NCBI GenBank assembly: GCA_001603055.1
Contig: LVAZ01000176.1
Coordinates: 1-34,369, forward strand
Length of the DNA: 34,369 nucleotides
Origin: Victivallales bacterium Lenti_02
GTDB taxonomy: Bacteria > Verrucomicrobiota > Lentisphaeria > Oligosphaerales > Lenti-02
Direction: 5' to 3'
Shown here: one piece after another, positions 15,797 to 26,164 of the stretch
Layout: each line of letters opens with the position of its first letter
How positions within the stretch are numbered: the first letter of the stretch is position 1
The notes under the pieces: model-generated
Told to the model about the DNA's origin: nothing
Database searches by the model: none
What the model saw: only the letters and a program-made list of their open reading frames with translations
Translations under genes and position numbers: made by a program

Positions 15797-16717
15797 ATGC
15801 GCGTTCTGGTCACCGGCGGCGCCGGATTCATCGGCAGCCACATCGTCGAGCACTTCCAGGGCCGGGCCGAGGTCCGGGTGCTGGACAACCTGCGTTCCGG
15901 CTACCGCGAGAACCTGGCCGGCTTCGAGGTCGAGTTCGTCGAGGGCTCGATTCTTGATCGCGAGACGCTGGCGCGGGCCATGCGCGGGGTGGACTATGTG
16001 TTCCATCTGGCGGCGATGGTGAGCGTGCCCGAGTCCATGCACGCGCCGGTCGAATGCGTGGAGATCAACACGGTGGGCACGCTGAACGTGCTGCGCGCGG
16101 CGGCGGATGCCGGGGCGCGGAAGCTGTGTCTGAGCACGTCGGCGGCGATCTACGGGGACAACCCCGAGGTGCCCAAGCGCGAGACCATGATTCCCGAGCC
16201 GAAGAGCCCCTACGCGGTGACCAAGCTGGACGGCGAGTACTACTGCGGGATGTTCACCCGCGAGGGCTGGCTGGAGACGGCCTGCCTGCGCTATTTCAAT
16301 GTGTTCGGGCCGCGCCAGGACCCGAAGAGCCAGTACGCGGCGGCGGTGCCGATCTTCATCGCCAAGGCGCTGGCGAACGAGCCGATCACGATATTCGGCG
16401 ACGGCGGGCAGACGCGGGACTTCATCTACGTGAAGGACATCGTGGCCGCCAACGCGCATTTCGCTTTGGGCCAGGGGACCGGCGTGTACAACGTGGCCTA
16501 CGGCGGCAGGATCACGATCAGCGATCTGGCCGAGACGATTGTCCGGCTGACGGGTTCCTCTTCCGAGATTGTCCACCTGCCCGAGCGGGCGGGGGACGTG
16601 CGGCATTCCCAGGCGGCGGTGGACAAGCTGGCCGCCACCGGTTTCCGTCCCACCAGTGATTTCGCCGCCGGCCTGGCGGCGACCATCGACTTCTTTTCCC
16701 AGCGGAGGACCCGGTAA
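15797..16717 (+). CDS. NAD-dependent sugar-nucleotide epimerase/dehydratase (extended SDR, UDP-hexose 4-epimerase-like)
   Basis: MRVLVTGGAGFIGSH Rossmann motif, the catalytic context SPYAVTKLDGE (Y-x-x-x-K), and LRYFNVFGPRQ. Confidence 0.9.
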   Translation: MRVLVTGGAGFIGSHIVEHFQGRAEVRVLDNLRSGYRENLAGFEVEFVEGSILDRETLARAMRGVDYVFHLAAMVSVPESMHAPVECVEINTVGTLNVLRAAADAGARKLCLSTSAAIYGDNPEVPKRETMIPEPKSPYAVTKLDGEYYCGMFTREGWLETACLRYFNVFGPRQDPKSQYAAAVPIFIAKALANEPITIFGDGGQTRDFIYVKDIVAANAHFALGQGTGVYNVAYGGRITISDLAETIVRLTGSSSEIVHLPERAGDVRHSQAAVDKLAATGFRPTSDFAAGLAATIDFFSQRRTR

Positions 16718-16744
16718 GTGTCGAGAGCCTACGAAACGGACACC

Positions 16745-17191
16745 ATGCGGATACTATTCGTCTGCACCGGCAACACCTGCCGCAGCCCGATGGCGGCGGC
16801 CTGGTTCAAGAAGCTGTGCGACGACCAGGGCCTCGGGCACATCGAGGTGGATTCGGCGGGCCTGTCGGTGCGGAAGAACGATTCGGTGAGCGAAAATGCC
16901 CGCGCCGTGCTGGCCGAGAGTGGTCTGATTCCCCTGCGTCTGGGCAGTGTGCTGGTGACGTCGCGGATGGTGGGGACGGCGGATTTGGTGATGACGATGA
17001 CCTTTCAGCACTACGAGACACTGGTCGAGCGTTTCCCTTTCGCCGAGGGCAAGTCGCGGCCGCTGATGGCGGTGCTGCACCAGCATGGCCGCGATGTCTT
17101 CGATCCCTACGGCGGCACGCTGCAAGACTACCGCCGCTGCCTCGACATGATGAAGCCGGCCCTGGCCGCCCTGCTCGAACGTATCCGCTAA
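16745..17191 (+). CDS. low-molecular-weight protein tyrosine/arginine phosphatase
   Basis: MRILFVCTGNTCRSPMA contains the C-X5-R-S P-loop at the canonical N-terminal position. DPYGG near the C-terminus supplies the general-acid Asp. ATG 16745 is preferred over GTG 16718. Confidence 0.85.
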   Translation: MRILFVCTGNTCRSPMAAAWFKKLCDDQGLGHIEVDSAGLSVRKNDSVSENARAVLAESGLIPLRLGSVLVTSRMVGTADLVMTMTFQHYETLVERFPFAEGKSRPLMAVLHQHGRDVFDPYGGTLQDYRRCLDMMKPALAALLERIR

Positions 17192-17212
17192 CCCCTTCGG
17201 AGAGAGCCTGCC

Positions 17213-18508
17213 ATGAGCACGAAGATTGTCCGCACCGACTGCAATTTCGAGCGCGAGCCGCTGATTCGGCCGTTTGGTTTCAAGGGTGGGTATCTGACGG
17301 AAATCTGGCAGACGGTGGCGGGGATCGCGACCGCGCAGGGGGCCAAGGCGGCCTGCCTGAACTCGCAGAGCGTGCTGTGGAGCGACGCGGCGGTTTTCGC
17401 CGCCCATTCCGAGTCGGCCGGCAACAGTCTGATGTTCGCGATGACGGAGTTCGCCCTGAAGCGGGCCGAGGGGCTGAGTTTCGACACGCCGATGGACCTG
17501 CTCGACCAGTTGCTGCCCGCGACCTACGAGTACGGCAAGGCGATCACCGGCAAGGATGATCTGCGCTTGACCTTCGCCCTGAACGCCCTGGTGGGCGTGG
17601 ACGCGGCGGCCTGGGTGGTCTATGCCCGCGAGCACGGTTTCGCCACCTTCGACGAGATGATTCCGGCGGCCTACCGGGCGGCGCTGGGGCATCGCCACGA
17701 CCAATTGGCCTGCATTCCCCTGATGGCCTACGCCATTCCCATGAGCGAGATCGTCGGGCATGCCGAGCAGGGCTATTTCTTCATGAAGGTGAAGATCGGC
17801 TCCGATCCCGAGCACGACGGCGACCGCGAGAAGATGCTGCAATGGGACATGGCCCGGGTCGCGGCCATCCACCAGGCCATCGGCCATTTCGAGACGCCCT
17901 ACACCGCCAACGGCAAGATTCCCTACTACTTCGACGCCAACGGCCGCTACGACTCGAAGGAACGTCTCCAGCGCTTCCTCGACCATTGCGCGAAGATCGG
18001 GGCGCTCGACCAGATCGCGGTCATCGAGGAGCCCTTCCCCGAGGAATACAAGGTGCCGGTGGGCGACCTCGGCGTCCGCATCGCGGCGGACGAGAGCGCG
18101 CACTGCGACCACGATGTCGAGGAGCGGATCGCCCTGGGCTACGGGGCCATCGCCCTCAAGCCCATCGCCAAGACCCTGAGCATGACCCTGAAGATCGCCG
18201 ACGTGGCCCACCGGGCCGGGGTGCCCATGTTCTGCGCCGACCTCACGGTCGGCCCCTTGCAGGTGGACTGGAACAAGACCTTCGCCAGCCGGATCGCGCC
18301 CCTGCCGGGCATCAAGGTGGGGGTGGTGGAGACCAACGGCCACCAGAACTACCGACGCTGGGCGGAACTCCAGTCCTTCCATCCCTGCGCGGGCAGCCCG
18401 TGGATGCAGGTGCAGGACGGCTGCTTCCCGCTCGATGCGGATTTCTATGCGCGCAGCGGCGGCATCCTCCAGGATTCGGCCCACTATCTCGGTATGGTTC
18501 TCAAGTAG
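17213..18508 (+). CDS. enolase superfamily enzyme (mandelate racemase / muconate lactonizing enzyme-like)
   Basis: The ordered motifs FMKVKIG (KxK), YFDANG, VIEEP, AADES and AIALKPIAK match the metal-ligand and acid-base pattern of MLE-subgroup barrels. Specific function is unknown. Confidence 0.7.
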   Translation: MSTKIVRTDCNFEREPLIRPFGFKGGYLTEIWQTVAGIATAQGAKAACLNSQSVLWSDAAVFAAHSESAGNSLMFAMTEFALKRAEGLSFDTPMDLLDQLLPATYEYGKAITGKDDLRLTFALNALVGVDAAAWVVYAREHGFATFDEMIPAAYRAALGHRHDQLACIPLMAYAIPMSEIVGHAEQGYFFMKVKIGSDPEHDGDREKMLQWDMARVAAIHQAIGHFETPYTANGKIPYYFDANGRYDSKERLQRFLDHCAKIGALDQIAVIEEPFPEEYKVPVGDLGVRIAADESAHCDHDVEERIALGYGAIALKPIAKTLSMTLKIADVAHRAGVPMFCADLTVGPLQVDWNKTFASRIAPLPGIKVGVVETNGHQNYRRWAELQSFHPCAGSPWMQVQDGCFPLDADFYARSGGILQDSAHYLGMVLK

Positions 18509-18510
18509 CC

Positions 18511-18828
18511 ATGCGCCATCCGGATCCAGAGAGGCATCGGCTGCTGTTCCGGATCGGGCTGGCGCTGGTGGTGGCCAATTTCCCGGTCGGGTATGGGGGG
18601 ATCGCGGTGTTCGCCGTGCTGGCGGTGGTCAGCGACAATCCCGCCTGGCTATGGGGGGGCGCAGCCTGCTATCTGCTCTCGTGGCTCATGCTGGGGATCG
18701 GGTTCTGGCTGGGGGGCCGTCCCGCCTACGACTACGCCCGCCGGTTCTGGCATCTGCGGCGGCGGCGCAGCCGCCTGATCCTGCTTCGGCGGACCCGCGC
18801 CGACCGAGGGAAAGAGGACAGGGGCTGA
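18511..18828 (+). CDS. small integral membrane protein
   Basis: 105 aa, starting 2 nt after the enolase-family stop. Three hydrophobic segments are followed by an Arg-rich tail. No family recognised. Confidence 0.45.
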   Translation: MRHPDPERHRLLFRIGLALVVANFPVGYGGIAVFAVLAVVSDNPAWLWGGAACYLLSWLMLGIGFWLGGRPAYDYARRFWHLRRRRSRLILLRRTRADRGKEDRG

Positions 18829-18831
18829 GCG

Positions 18832-19479
18832 TCAGAATTCCGCCTGGATGCCGCGTTTGCGGAGTTTGAGGCGGGCGTCGCGCTCGATCCAGAGGCGGTA
18901 GAGGCGCTCCTGCTCGGCGGGATCGAGCAGGACTCCGGGGCCGCCGCGCTGCCGGCAGGCTTCGGCGAAATGGCGGACGAGGATGGCGGCGGCGGTGGCG
19001 AGATTCAGGCTGTCCGCGAAGCCGCAGGTGGGGATGGTGACCAGATGGTCGCAGGCGGCGCGCATTTCGGGGGTGAGGCCGTCGTGCTCGCTGCCGAGGA
19101 CCAGGGCGGTTCGGGGCGGCGGTTCGAGTTGGTCGAAGGGAATGGCGGCGGGATCGTCGACGACGGTGCCGACAAGGGCGAAGCCGTCGCGGCGGACCCG
19201 GTCCACGGTGTCCTCGAAGCGCTGATAATTGAGCACATCCACCCAGAGGTCGCTGTGCATGCTGATCTGGTGGTTGCGGTGGTAGCGCCCGTCGGCGTAG
19301 TGAATCACACGGCCCAGGCCGAAGGCGTCGGCGACCCGGAGGCAGGCGCTGACGTTGCGGGGGTCGCCCACATGCTCGAAGACGAGGGTGAGGCAGTCGA
19401 GCCGCCGGGCCAGGACCTCGCGGAACCGCCGCCGCCGGTCCTCGCTGACGTAGACTTGGGCCCAGTCGTCCAGATTCAT
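18832..19479 (-). CDS. trmH: SpoU/TrmH family RNA 2'-O-methyltransferase
   Basis: LTLVFEHVGDPRNVSACLRVADAFG, LVLGSEHDGLTPEM and VTIPTCGFADSLNLATAAAIL are SPOUT motifs 1-3. Start at ATG 19479, in an ATGA overlap with the upstream membrane-protein gene. Confidence 0.85.
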   Translation of the reverse strand: MNLDDWAQVYVSEDRRRRFREVLARRLDCLTLVFEHVGDPRNVSACLRVADAFGLGRVIHYADGRYHRNHQISMHSDLWVDVLNYQRFEDTVDRVRRDGFALVGTVVDDPAAIPFDQLEPPPRTALVLGSEHDGLTPEMRAACDHLVTIPTCGFADSLNLATAAAILVRHFAEACRQRGGPGVLLDPAEQERLYRLWIERDARLKLRKRGIQAEF

Positions 19480-19829
19480 GCGCGCGGTGGTGGGTAGAAG
19501 ATGTCGAATTCGGTGGCGCTGACGGCCAAGGGCAGAACGACGCCGTGGTGGACCAGGTCGGACAGGAAGAGCGTCAGGCCCAGGATGGCCAGCAGATGGC
19601 GGGGGAGGGGGGCGCAGGGCAGGGCGGCCAGCAATAGGCAGACCAGGCCGACATAGCCGTGGTGGATGCGCAGGCCGAAGGTGAGGGGGGCCAGCCAGGA
19701 GGTCTGTCGGGCGGCTTGCAGGCTGAGACCGAAGCGGCAGAGGCAGGTGGCAAGCTCGAACAGCACCGCTCCGGCCACCCCGGTCAGCAGGAGTTGACGG
19801 AACGATGCATGTTCGAGCCATTCACGCAT
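19476..19829 (-). CDS. small integral membrane protein
   Basis: 117 aa with 3-4 hydrophobic helices. It lies 5 nt downstream of glnS and overlaps the trmH start by 4 nt, so it appears co-transcribed. Confidence 0.5.
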   Translation of the reverse strand: MREWLEHASFRQLLLTGVAGAVLFELATCLCRFGLSLQAARQTSWLAPLTFGLRIHHGYVGLVCLLLAALPCAPLPRHLLAILGLTLFLSDLVHHGVVLPLAVSATEFDIFYPPPRA

Positions 19830-19834
19830 TGGGG

Positions 19835-21925
<2,091 letters not shown>

Positions 21926-21953
21926 CGGGCATTCTCCTTGGGTTCGCATCTGG

Positions 21954-21980
21954 AAAAAACGCGCGACCACCCGGTCGCGC
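21954..21980 (-). terminator. intrinsic-terminator-like hairpin inside the glnS 5' leader
   Basis: On the minus strand the sequence reads GCGCGACC-GGGT-GGTCGCGC followed by G-TTTTTT. The U-tract ends 28 nt upstream of the glnS ATG and lies downstream of the promoter candidate. Confidence 0.5.
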
Positions 21981-21994
21981 CAAAGCAAACCTAT

Positions 21995-22022
21995 ACTATA
22001 CGGGGTCGGCACGGCCCTGCAA
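21995..22022 (-). promoter_or_regulatory. sigma70-like promoter candidate for glnS (TTGCAG-N16-TATAGT)
   Basis: Minus-strand TTGCAG (22022-22017) and TATAGT (22000-21995). It lies in the 335-bp divergent intergenic region. Confidence 0.45.
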
Positions 22023-22053
22023 CGCTGGTCGCGACGAAGAGACGAGCCAGACG

Positions 22054-22098
22054 AACTGCGCAAAAATTGCGCAGTTGGACGGGCCGGATTGCGCAGTT
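22054..22098. promoter_or_regulatory. three copies of a 10-mer: perfect 23-bp palindrome plus a third half-site (operator / enhancer-like UAS)
   Basis: AACTGCGCAA-AAA-TTGCGCAGTT (22054-22076) is a perfect inverted repeat. The exact 10-mer TTGCGCAGTT recurs at 22089-22098, 22 bp (about two helical turns) from the right arm. Confidence 0.55.
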
Positions 22099-22148
22099 TT
22101 GGTACGGCGGACAGGGAACCGGGGGTCTTTTGGGCTTTGGCCAGAGCT

Positions 22149-22164
22149 TGGCACAGGGTCTGCA
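22149..22164 (+). promoter_or_regulatory. sigma54 (-24/-12) promoter candidate
   Basis: TGGCAC-AGGGT-CTGCA against the consensus TGGCAC-N5-TTGCA, with the GG-N10-GC spacing preserved. It lies about 97 nt upstream of ATG 22261 and 50-100 bp downstream of the 10-mer repeats. Confidence 0.55.
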
Positions 22165-22260
22165 ATAGGCTTGTCATGAACCGCCCGCCAGATCGGGCGG
22201 ATGGGTCGGACCAAGCAACCGGTGGCCGGCAAGGCCACCAAATCAACCAGGAGCATTCCG

Positions 22261-22824
22261 ATGATGAACGCGAAAAAGATCAAGCAGTTGACGGCGGTTG
22301 TGGTCGCTCTGTTCGTGGGGCTGGGCAGTGTGGCTCTGGCCCAGGCACCCGGCGGCGGTCGCGGCGAGCGCGGCGAGCGCGGCGAGCGCGGCGAGCGCGG
22401 CGAGCGTGGCGAGCGTCCCAATTTCAACCCCGAGCAGATGCGCGCCCGGATGGATGCCATCATGCGCGAGCAGCTCGGCGCCACCGAGGAGGAGTGGGAG
22501 GTTCTCGGGCCGCTGGTGCGGGAAGTGAGCGAGAAGCGCCGGGAAATGATGGGCGGAATGGGCCGGATGATGGGTCGCCGCGGCCCTGGCGCTCCCGAGG
22601 GCCCGGAAGGCCCCGAGGCCGAGGCGAATCCCGAAGCCGCCGCCTTGCAGAAGGCGTTGGCCGACGAGAACACCCCGGCGGCCGACATCCAGGCCAAGCT
22701 CGATGCCTTCCGCAAGAGCCGGACGGCCAAGGAGGCCGAACTGAAGGAAGTGCGCGACAAGCTGCGGGCCGCCGTCACCGCCCGCCAGGAAGCCCGGCTG
22801 GTGCTGATGGGCATCCTGGACTAG
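22261..22824 (+). CDS. secreted low-complexity helical protein with (Gly-Glu-Arg)x6 repeat (possibly Spy/CpxP-like periplasmic protein)
   Basis: AGGAG lies 7 nt upstream. Signal peptide [29 protein letters not shown]. This is followed by [23 protein letters not shown], then charged helical segments and a Met/Gly/Arg-rich patch, [15 protein letters not shown]. It lies 22 nt upstream of gspE. Confidence 0.7.
   Translation: MMNAKKIKQLTAVVVALFVGLGSVALAQAPGGGRGERGERGERGERGERGERPNFNPEQMRARMDAIMREQLGATEEEWEVLGPLVREVSEKRREMMGGMGRMMGRRGPGAPEGPEGPEAEANPEAAALQKALADENTPAADIQAKLDAFRKSRTAKEAELKEVRDKLRAAVTARQEARLVLMGILD
22363..22416 (+). repeat. 9-bp tandem repeat x6 (GGCGAGCGC/T), in frame
   Basis: Four perfect GGCGAGCGC units (22363-22398) are followed by two GGCGAGCGT units (22399-22416). 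They are codon-aligned as Gly-Glu-Arg. Confidence 0.95.
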
Positions 22825-22846
22825 AACCGGCCGCTCCCCTACGGAC

Positions 22847-24490
22847 ATGACGGAAATTCTGGACCAACTGATCGACGAAGGGCGAGTCGCCGCGAGTGAT
22901 CGCGCGCGGCTCGCCCGCTTCCTTGCCGACCAGGCCGGGGCCGGCGTCGGCGACTGCCTGCGCTGGACGGCCGAACGGTACGGCGTGCGCTACTCGGATT
23001 TGCGCGGCGAGGAGCCGGATTCGGCCCTGCTGGCCCGTTTCCCGGCGGCCGTGCTCTGGCGCGAGGAACTGCTGCCCCTGCACCAGACCGAGGTGGGCAT
23101 CGAGGTGGCGACCGCCGCCCTGTTCCGCACCGAGGGACTGGACGCCCTGCGCCGGCTGGCCGGCGAGGAGCTGGTCCCCGTGGTGGTGCCCGACGCGGCC
23201 CTGCGCGAGGCGCTGAAAACCCATCTGGGAATCGGGGCGGACACGCTGGACTCGCTGGGTGACCGCGGGGTCTTCGCCAGCGCCGAGACGGATGCGGGCG
23301 TGGACCTCGAGGAGGCCGCCCACGACGCCACCATCATCCGCTTCGTCAACCAGATTTTCACCGACGCGATCCGCCAGCGGGCCACCGACATCCACCTGGA
23401 GCCCTTCGAGGACGAGTTCCGCGTCCGCTACCGCATCGACGGGGTGTTGCAGGATGTGCCCGTCCCGGCGACGATGAAACGCTACCAGCCCGCGATTGTC
23501 TCGCGCATCAAGATTCTGGCCAATCTGGACATCGCCGAGAAGCGTCTGCCCCAGGATGGGCGGGTGAAGCTGCGGCTGGCCGGCAGCCAGATCGACGTGC
23601 GCGTGTCCGTGATTCCGATGGTGCATGGCGAGGCGGTGGTGATGCGTCTGCTGCGCCAGGACGGGACGGTGATCGGGCTGGACCGTCTGGCGATGGGCGA
23701 ACGGGAGCTGCGGCTGTTCCGCGAGACCCTCGGCCTGTCCCACGGCATCGTGCTGGTGACCGGCCCGACCGGCAGCGGCAAGACCACCACGCTCTACGCC
23801 GCGCTCCAGGAAATCAACGACTCGGAGCGCAAGATCATCACCATCGAGGACCCGGTGGAGTACCAGGTGAAAGGCGTCAACCAGATTCAGGTGAACGAGA
23901 AGACCGCGCTCACCTTCGCCCGCGGCCTGCGCTCGATTCTGCGCCACGACCCCGACGTGGTGCTGGTGGGCGAAATCCGCGACGCCGAGACGGCCGCCAT
24001 CGCCGTCCAGGCCTCGCTCACCGGGCATCTGGTGTTCTCGACCCTGCACACCAACGATTCGCCGAGCGCTCTCACCCGGCTGGTGGACATGGGGGTCGAG
24101 CCCTATCTCGTGGCCTCGTCGGTGGACGCGATTCTGTCCCAGCGCCTGGTGCGGGTGCTGTGCCCGCACTGCAAGGAGCCGGACGATTCGGCGGAAACCC
24201 GGCGGGTGCTGAAAGGGATGGCCGGGGTGTACCGGGCGGTGGGCTGCGAAGCCTGCCGGCAGACCGGTTTCAGCGGCCGGCGCGGCATTTTCGAGCTGCT
24301 CGACATGCGCGAGGAGCTGCGCCGCCTGATTATGGACGGGTGTTCGGCGGGGCAACTGCGCGAGGCGGCGCGGGGGTTCGGCTGGCGTTCCCTCTACGAG
24401 GATGGCCTGCGGGTGATCGGGGAGGGTGACACCACCCTGGCCGAGGTGCTGCGCGTGAGCAAGGCCGGGCTGACGGGAGGCGAGGAATGA
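22847..24490 (+). CDS. gspE: type II secretion system ATPase GspE (PilB/GspE family)
   Basis: Walker A GPTGSGKTTT, the Asp box IITIEDPVEY, Walker B DPDVVLVGEIRD, the His box TGHLVFSTLHTN, and the tetracysteine CPHC...CEAC motif. It has an N-terminal T2SSE_N-like domain. Confidence 0.95.
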   Translation: MTEILDQLIDEGRVAASDRARLARFLADQAGAGVGDCLRWTAERYGVRYSDLRGEEPDSALLARFPAAVLWREELLPLHQTEVGIEVATAALFRTEGLDALRRLAGEELVPVVVPDAALREALKTHLGIGADTLDSLGDRGVFASAETDAGVDLEEAAHDATIIRFVNQIFTDAIRQRATDIHLEPFEDEFRVRYRIDGVLQDVPVPATMKRYQPAIVSRIKILANLDIAEKRLPQDGRVKLRLAGSQIDVRVSVIPMVHGEAVVMRLLRQDGTVIGLDRLAMGERELRLFRETLGLSHGIVLVTGPTGSGKTTTLYAALQEINDSERKIITIEDPVEYQVKGVNQIQVNEKTALTFARGLRSILRHDPDVVLVGEIRDAETAAIAVQASLTGHLVFSTLHTNDSPSALTRLVDMGVEPYLVASSVDAILSQRLVRVLCPHCKEPDDSAETRRVLKGMAGVYRAVGCEACRQTGFSGRRGIFELLDMREELRRLIMDGCSAGQLREAARGFGWRSLYEDGLRVIGEGDTTLAEVLRVSKAGLTGGEE

Positions 24491-25704
24491 ACCTGGTCTA
24501 CCGGGCACTTGCCGCCGACGGCACCATGCAGGAGGGGCGCCTCGAGGCGTCCAGCCGGGCCGAGGCGCTGCGGCGGCTGGCCGAGCGCGGTCTGCGCCCC
24601 CTGCACATGGCCGAGAACGTGGCCGATGCCGCCGCAGTGGAGAGCCATGCCGCCCAGATGCGCGGCCGCGTCTCCCAGGCGGAACTGGAGACCTTCACCC
24701 GGCAACTGGCCGCGCTGCTGGCGGCGGGGATTCCCCTGGCCCGGTCGTTGGAACGGCTGGCGGGCGAGGCCGGTTCGGCCAATGCCAGAGCCCAGTGGCG
24801 GGCCGTGCATGGCCTGGTGATCGACGGGGCCTCCCTGGCGGAGGCGATGGGACAATTTCCCCGGACCTTCCCCCGCGTCTACATCGCGATGGTCAAGGCG
24901 GGCGAGGCCGGCGGGTTTCTGGACGTGGTGCTGAACCAGGTGGCCGAATTCCAGTCGCGCGAGCGGGACTTGCGGGGCAAGGTGACGGCGGCGCTGGTCT
25001 ATCCGTTGGCCCTGGCCAGCCTGGCCACGGTGGTGGTGACCTTTCTGCTGGTCTACTTCATCCCCCGGTTCAAGACCATCTTCGACGACTTCGGGGCGGA
25101 ACTGCCGAGGCTGACGCAGGCGATCGTGGCCCTGGGGGACGGGGTGCGCCACTATGGCCTGGCCCTGGTGGCTCTGGCCGGCGTGGGGGGCGTGTTTTTC
25201 CTGCGCTGGTGGAACACGCCCGCAGGGCGTTTCCGCTGGGAGCAGTGGACGCTGCGGCAACCCCTGATCGGGGTGCTGGTCTCGCGTTTCGCCATGATCC
25301 GGTTCTGCCGGATGCTGGGGACGCTGGTGGGGGCGGGAGTGCCCCTGCTCGCCGCCCTGCGCGTGGCCCGCGAATCCCTCGGCAACCAGGTGCTGACCCG
25401 CGCGGCGGACCAGAGCGTCGAGCGCCTGAGCCAGGGCGGCAGGCTGGCCGACAGCCTCCAGGCCTGCGGCGGGCTCTTCCCCGGCTCGGCCCTCGAAATC
25501 ATCTCGGTGGCCGAGGAGACCGGGCGGCTGGAACAGGAACTGGTGCGGTTGGCCGACACCACGGAGGGCGAGCTGGACCGGCGGCTGCGCATGGCGGTGT
25601 CGCTGGCCGAGCCGGCCATGCTGGTGCTGATGGCCGGCGTGGTGGGAGGGATCGTGGTCGGCATGGTGCTGCCGATCTTCGCATTGCAGGATTACATCCG
25701 CTGA
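24487..25704 (+). CDS. gspF: type II secretion system inner-membrane platform protein GspF
   Basis: 405 aa with the duplicated GspF/PilC domain architecture: FTRQLAALLAAGIPLARSL and FCRMLGTLVGAGVPLLAAL, each followed by TM segments. It has an ATGA overlap with gspE. Confidence 0.9.
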   Translation: MNLVYRALAADGTMQEGRLEASSRAEALRRLAERGLRPLHMAENVADAAAVESHAAQMRGRVSQAELETFTRQLAALLAAGIPLARSLERLAGEAGSANARAQWRAVHGLVIDGASLAEAMGQFPRTFPRVYIAMVKAGEAGGFLDVVLNQVAEFQSRERDLRGKVTAALVYPLALASLATVVVTFLLVYFIPRFKTIFDDFGAELPRLTQAIVALGDGVRHYGLALVALAGVGGVFFLRWWNTPAGRFRWEQWTLRQPLIGVLVSRFAMIRFCRMLGTLVGAGVPLLAALRVARESLGNQVLTRAADQSVERLSQGGRLADSLQACGGLFPGSALEIISVAEETGRLEQELVRLADTTEGELDRRLRMAVSLAEPAMLVLMAGVVGGIVVGMVLPIFALQDYIR

Positions 25705-25732
25705 ATAGGGCGTCAAGCAAGAGGTGAAAAAC

Positions 25733-26161
25733 ATGAAACAACGAATCGAGAGACGGCGAACAACCCGCAACTTCACCATGGTCGAGCTGCTCCTGGTGCT
25801 GGTCATCCTGGCCACGCTGGCGGCCATCGTGGTGCCGAAATTCACCGGCCGGTCCGAGCAGGCCCGCGAAACGGCGGCCCGGACCGAGATCGCCGGACTC
25901 GAAACGGCGCTGGACGCCTTCGAGGTGGACCATGGCTTCTACCCCAGCTCCGACCAGGGACTCAAGGCCCTCGTCGAGGAGCCGTCCGGGGTGAAGAACT
26001 GGCGCCCCTACCTCCGCAAGCCGGCCGACAGCGACCCCTGGGGCAATCCGTACATCTATGTGTATCCGGGGAAAAACAACACCTACGGCTACGATCTGAG
26101 TTCGCGGGGAGCGGACGGGCGCGAGGGGACGGACGACGACATCACGAACTGGAAAAAATAA
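25733..26161 (+). CDS. gspG: type II secretion major pseudopilin GspG
   Basis: NFTMVELLLVLVILATLAAIVVPKF...ARTEIAGLETALDAFEVDHGFYPSSDQGLKALV...DPWGNPYIYVYPG...GYDLSSRGADGREGTDDDITNW is the classic GspG fold sequence, including the calcium-loop-like DGxxGTDDDI. AAGAGGTG lies upstream of ATG 25733. Confidence 0.9.
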   Translation: MKQRIERRRTTRNFTMVELLLVLVILATLAAIVVPKFTGRSEQARETAARTEIAGLETALDAFEVDHGFYPSSDQGLKALVEEPSGVKNWRPYLRKPADSDPWGNPYIYVYPGKNNTYGYDLSSRGADGREGTDDDITNWKK

Positions 26162-26164
26162 CCC

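Noticed and set aside
14183-16606. 807-aa minus-strand ORF opposite the flavoprotein and epimerase genes. Others: 16754-18484 (minus), 22775-24508 (minus), 24394-25845 (minus).
   Set aside because: Same reasoning. They are antisense to genes with strong family motifs, have no motifs of their own, and show extreme Arg/Pro/Gly/His composition.
22181-22200. CCGCCCG-CCAGAT-CGGGCGG hairpin in the leader of the GER-repeat gene
   Set aside because: It has no U-tract and no obvious partner structures, so it is likely just GC-rich leader structure. It may matter for translation, but there is nothing to support a call.
22350-22416. The (GER)n stretch as a bacterial collagen-like triple helix
   Set aside because: Only about seven Gly-X-Y triplets are present, far shorter than known bacterial collagen-like domains. 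No trimerisation domain is recognisable.
22847-23000. A MshEN-type c-di-GMP binding motif in the GspE N-terminus (ILDQLIDEGRVAASDRARL)
   Set aside because: The match to RLGxxLLxxGLLxxxxLxxxLxxQ is only partial. The leading RLG is absent and the key Leu positions are not satisfied.
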